Shown here piece after piece: positions 61,361 to 64,000 of a DNA stretch of 64,000 nucleotides (position 1 is the stretch's first letter; the number at the start of each line of letters is the position of its first letter). The stretch comes from Laetmonice hystrix (Eukaryota). The translations under genes and the position numbers were made by a program. Where the stretch lies: assembly GCA_965235115.1 (NCBI GenBank), contig OZ249436.1, forward strand, positions 21,020,001-21,084,000, in the 5' to 3' direction. Under the pieces are notes generated by a model, which was not told the origin of the DNA, did not search any database, and saw only the letters and a list, made by a program, of their open reading frames with translations.

Positions 61361-63348
61361 CAGGGCCGTAGCCTGAAGGGGGTCAAGGGGGGCAACTGCC
61401 CCCCTAGGATTTCCAGTTAAAAAAAAATTGGGCCTCATATTGACACCTGGGGTGCGTTTGACTAAGCCCGAAAGACGTCTTTGAACTGGTCGCTGAGCCA
61501 AAGAGGTCTTTGCGGCGACGGGTGTTTCAGTTAAGTCAGGATGGACAGGACAAACATCTTTTAGACAAATTCACCGTCATAATCTTTGTCAGGTATCTCA
61601 CCTGACCTGTTTGAACTTTCTCTTCTCTCCGTGTCAGGATCTACTGACCATAACCCCCGCCACACCGCCACCCAAAATGCAACATACATTAAAGGAACTC
61701 CTTTTATTTTCAACCGTTTGGCTAATTCTATTGGGCAATAAATGGGCACGAGTGGTTGTTTTCTATTGACCTTCCGTGTGAAGGCCAGTTTTACCGTGGC
61801 CAGCGCGAGTCTGAGGTGTTCAGCTGGGGCAAGCTTCAAAAGGCATTGTCTTCTGCCGTTCTGCAAGAGATTGATTAAAAAATATGGCATTTCGTAAAAA
61901 AAAGTTAGGTGATCCTTTCTTTCATGGGATTTAGTAGGGCTGAAACGATACACTTGTGCCACGATAAGTTACGTATCACGATACAACAAACGATACGATA
62001 TATCTCACGATAGTTTCCCAGTTGTATAGTATACTTGATTTATGCTTAGACTGTCACAGAGAATCAGGACTCAGAAGCTTGGGTCAAAATACTGTGTAAT
62101 GTATTGTGAGCTATTCCAGCGACCGATTGCACCTGAGGAATCAAGTTCTGGGACTAGAGTGTCTCAGGACACTTGTTATTATCATTTGTATCGAGATGAA
62201 AGTAACTAAAAATTCAGAGTACTAAAAAAATGGGAACTGATCCTGGAGACTTGGTCCAAGTCCTACACCGTTCGAAGATCTAGCGTCTGGAGAACACACG
62301 ATAGCCCATTGAGAGTCAACTGATTTGGAACCTTGCCGCAGATTGAGCCCACTGACGGGGTACGGGTTGTATTGCTACATCCCTTTAGAAGAGTTGTGTC
62401 ACACTTATCGCCGAGTTACACCCTCACCTCTCCAAGTGGACACATACCAACCGAGCCGAACTCTTCGTACTGTCAGGTTTTCAACAGCGTCTGTTTCCAG
62501 ACTACGACCGAACGTGGAGACCGGCGCCTCGCTGTTCCCTACATTACTACAGTGGTGGTAATTGCTTTATATATCCCCCTCCAGGTCGAGGACCACAGAA
62601 AGGGTGTGGACATACCCTCAACGTTATGCTAGGATAAAAACAGAGTTCCGGAAACATTAGAAGTATTCAAGTACTACAAGTCTTAGGTAAAGATTAAAAG
62701 CAAATTTTGATAGACATTTTACATCTGTAAAATTTGTTTTAGTGAACATAAACAGATACATTTGTGTATTTTGAAAACTACCCAGCAAAATTGCGACGTG
62801 AGCGCCCTCTCTAATCACGTGAGCATGTCTTGATACCTATTTGATATGCAAATAAGAGTGCCAGTCGCAGGGACAGACTATTATTAGACGCTCTATTGTT
62901 TGGGTCTGTTGTTTTGCGACTCACTGACGTGTGAAGAAATGTTAGTAGCCTTTGCCTGCATGAAACATCGAGCAGGCCTATGTGGATCTATACGTATATT
63001 TAGCCATGAGGTGTGAAGCTTGCTTTTAGGAAAGTATGGGTGCGGTGAAATACCTGCAACCACCTGCAACGCCATGCTACAGGGTCGGGTACATACTCTC
63101 CCACCGAAAGAAAAGTTCATTTCCCTACATTCTGTGAACACCAATGTACAATTTCCTGGTGTCGAACTATATGGCCGTAGCCCGCGGGGGGGGGGGGCAA
63201 GGGGGGCAACTGCCCCCTGGGATTTCCATTTTTTGTAACCCAGACTCCCAGCTCGACCGGCGCAATAACGCGCTGTCACGCGTTAGGCCTATCTGGTAAT
63301 GTTCACAGGACACTGCCCCATGGGATTTTTGGGCAGGCTACGGCCCTG
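61361..63348 (+). mobile_element. Non-autonomous TIR DNA transposon, ~2 kb, copy 2 (5-bp TSD)
   Basis: Same TIRs as 175-2189; TSD TATGC (61356-61360, 63349-63353); differs from copy 1 only by scattered substitutions and small indels. Confidence 0.9.
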
Positions 63349-63352
63349 TATG

Positions 63353-63512
63353 CAGTGGCGGATCGGGGTGGGGGGCTTTGGGGGCTTAAGCCCCCACCCA
63401 GCTGATTCAAGGGTTATCATTTTGCAGTGTGTCTACGGCGCACCTAAGAGGTTTTACACATGCATCAGCCCCCCCCCCCCCTTCGCCCTGCAAAATTCTG
63501 GATCCGCCCCTG
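63353..63512. mobile_element. 160-bp MITE with hAT-like ends
   Basis: CAGTGGCGGATC ... GATCCGCCCCTG; reconstructed flanks ATATG / TTATG. Confidence 0.75.
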
Positions 63513-64000
63513 TTATGTGTGTGACCACGGCCATGTTAGGGCCAGGCCCTGGATCCTTACCAGTTCAGAGAGCGTGTCACTCCAGAATAATGATTGATGA
63601 CATGAAATGATGACAGGTCCTATCAAATATGTAGAAAGTACACGGAATAATACACTAATACAAAACCCAATCCATTGAGATGAACATTTAATATTTATGT
63701 TTCTGTTTTCAGACAGGACTGGGCTGGGCTTTTACCAACCTAATGGGTGGCATGAAAAGGGTTTGAATCATTCATTCTGCTTTTATCACACCCGTTTTAT
63801 TGAACTGTATACCACTTGGTAAGAATCTTTTCTATAGCCTTGCGGTGGAAATGTGTCCGTTCGGTATACCGTCAGAGAATAATGCGAATAGTTCAGAGAA
63901 TCATGTTTCAAACCCATGTCAGGGCTGTTAGCTGAAAACGCTCTCTGAATGATACTATAAAGATGAATAATGATGACATTAGGATTGACGTGTAGGGACC

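Noticed and set aside
175..63348. One giant composite transposon spanning the window
   Set aside because: Each 2-kb copy has its own distinct TSD (AAGAC versus TATGC), so they are independent insertions.

Overview
Repeat-rich eukaryotic genomic DNA, apparently from an invertebrate animal; a lophotrochozoan origin is only my inference from repeat style and protein similarity. Main contents: (1) the first coding exon of a rhodopsin-class peptide GPCR (minus strand, 17879-18344). (2) An apparently full-length CR1/L2-type LINE (minus strand, ~30641-36400). Its intact ORF1 is a coiled-coil + RRM/CTD ORF1 protein fused to a complete C-terminal NADAR (YbiA-like) domain; its ORF2 (APE+RT) carries one nonsense and one frameshift lesion. 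This is the best candidate for an undescribed system: a retrotransposon possibly carrying its own nucleic-acid de-ADP-ribosylase/N-glycosidase. (3) A head-to-tail array of three ~5.2-5.6 kb units, each with an intronless PLK4-like gene (kinase + PB1-PB2, no PB3) behind a TATA/Inr promoter; two are intact and one is frameshifted. (4) Two independent insertions of a 2-kb non-autonomous TIR element with 5-bp TSDs. (5) Many MITEs, decayed LINE pieces and about a dozen minisatellite arrays. Family assignments come from motif recognition by eye; no database searches were run.
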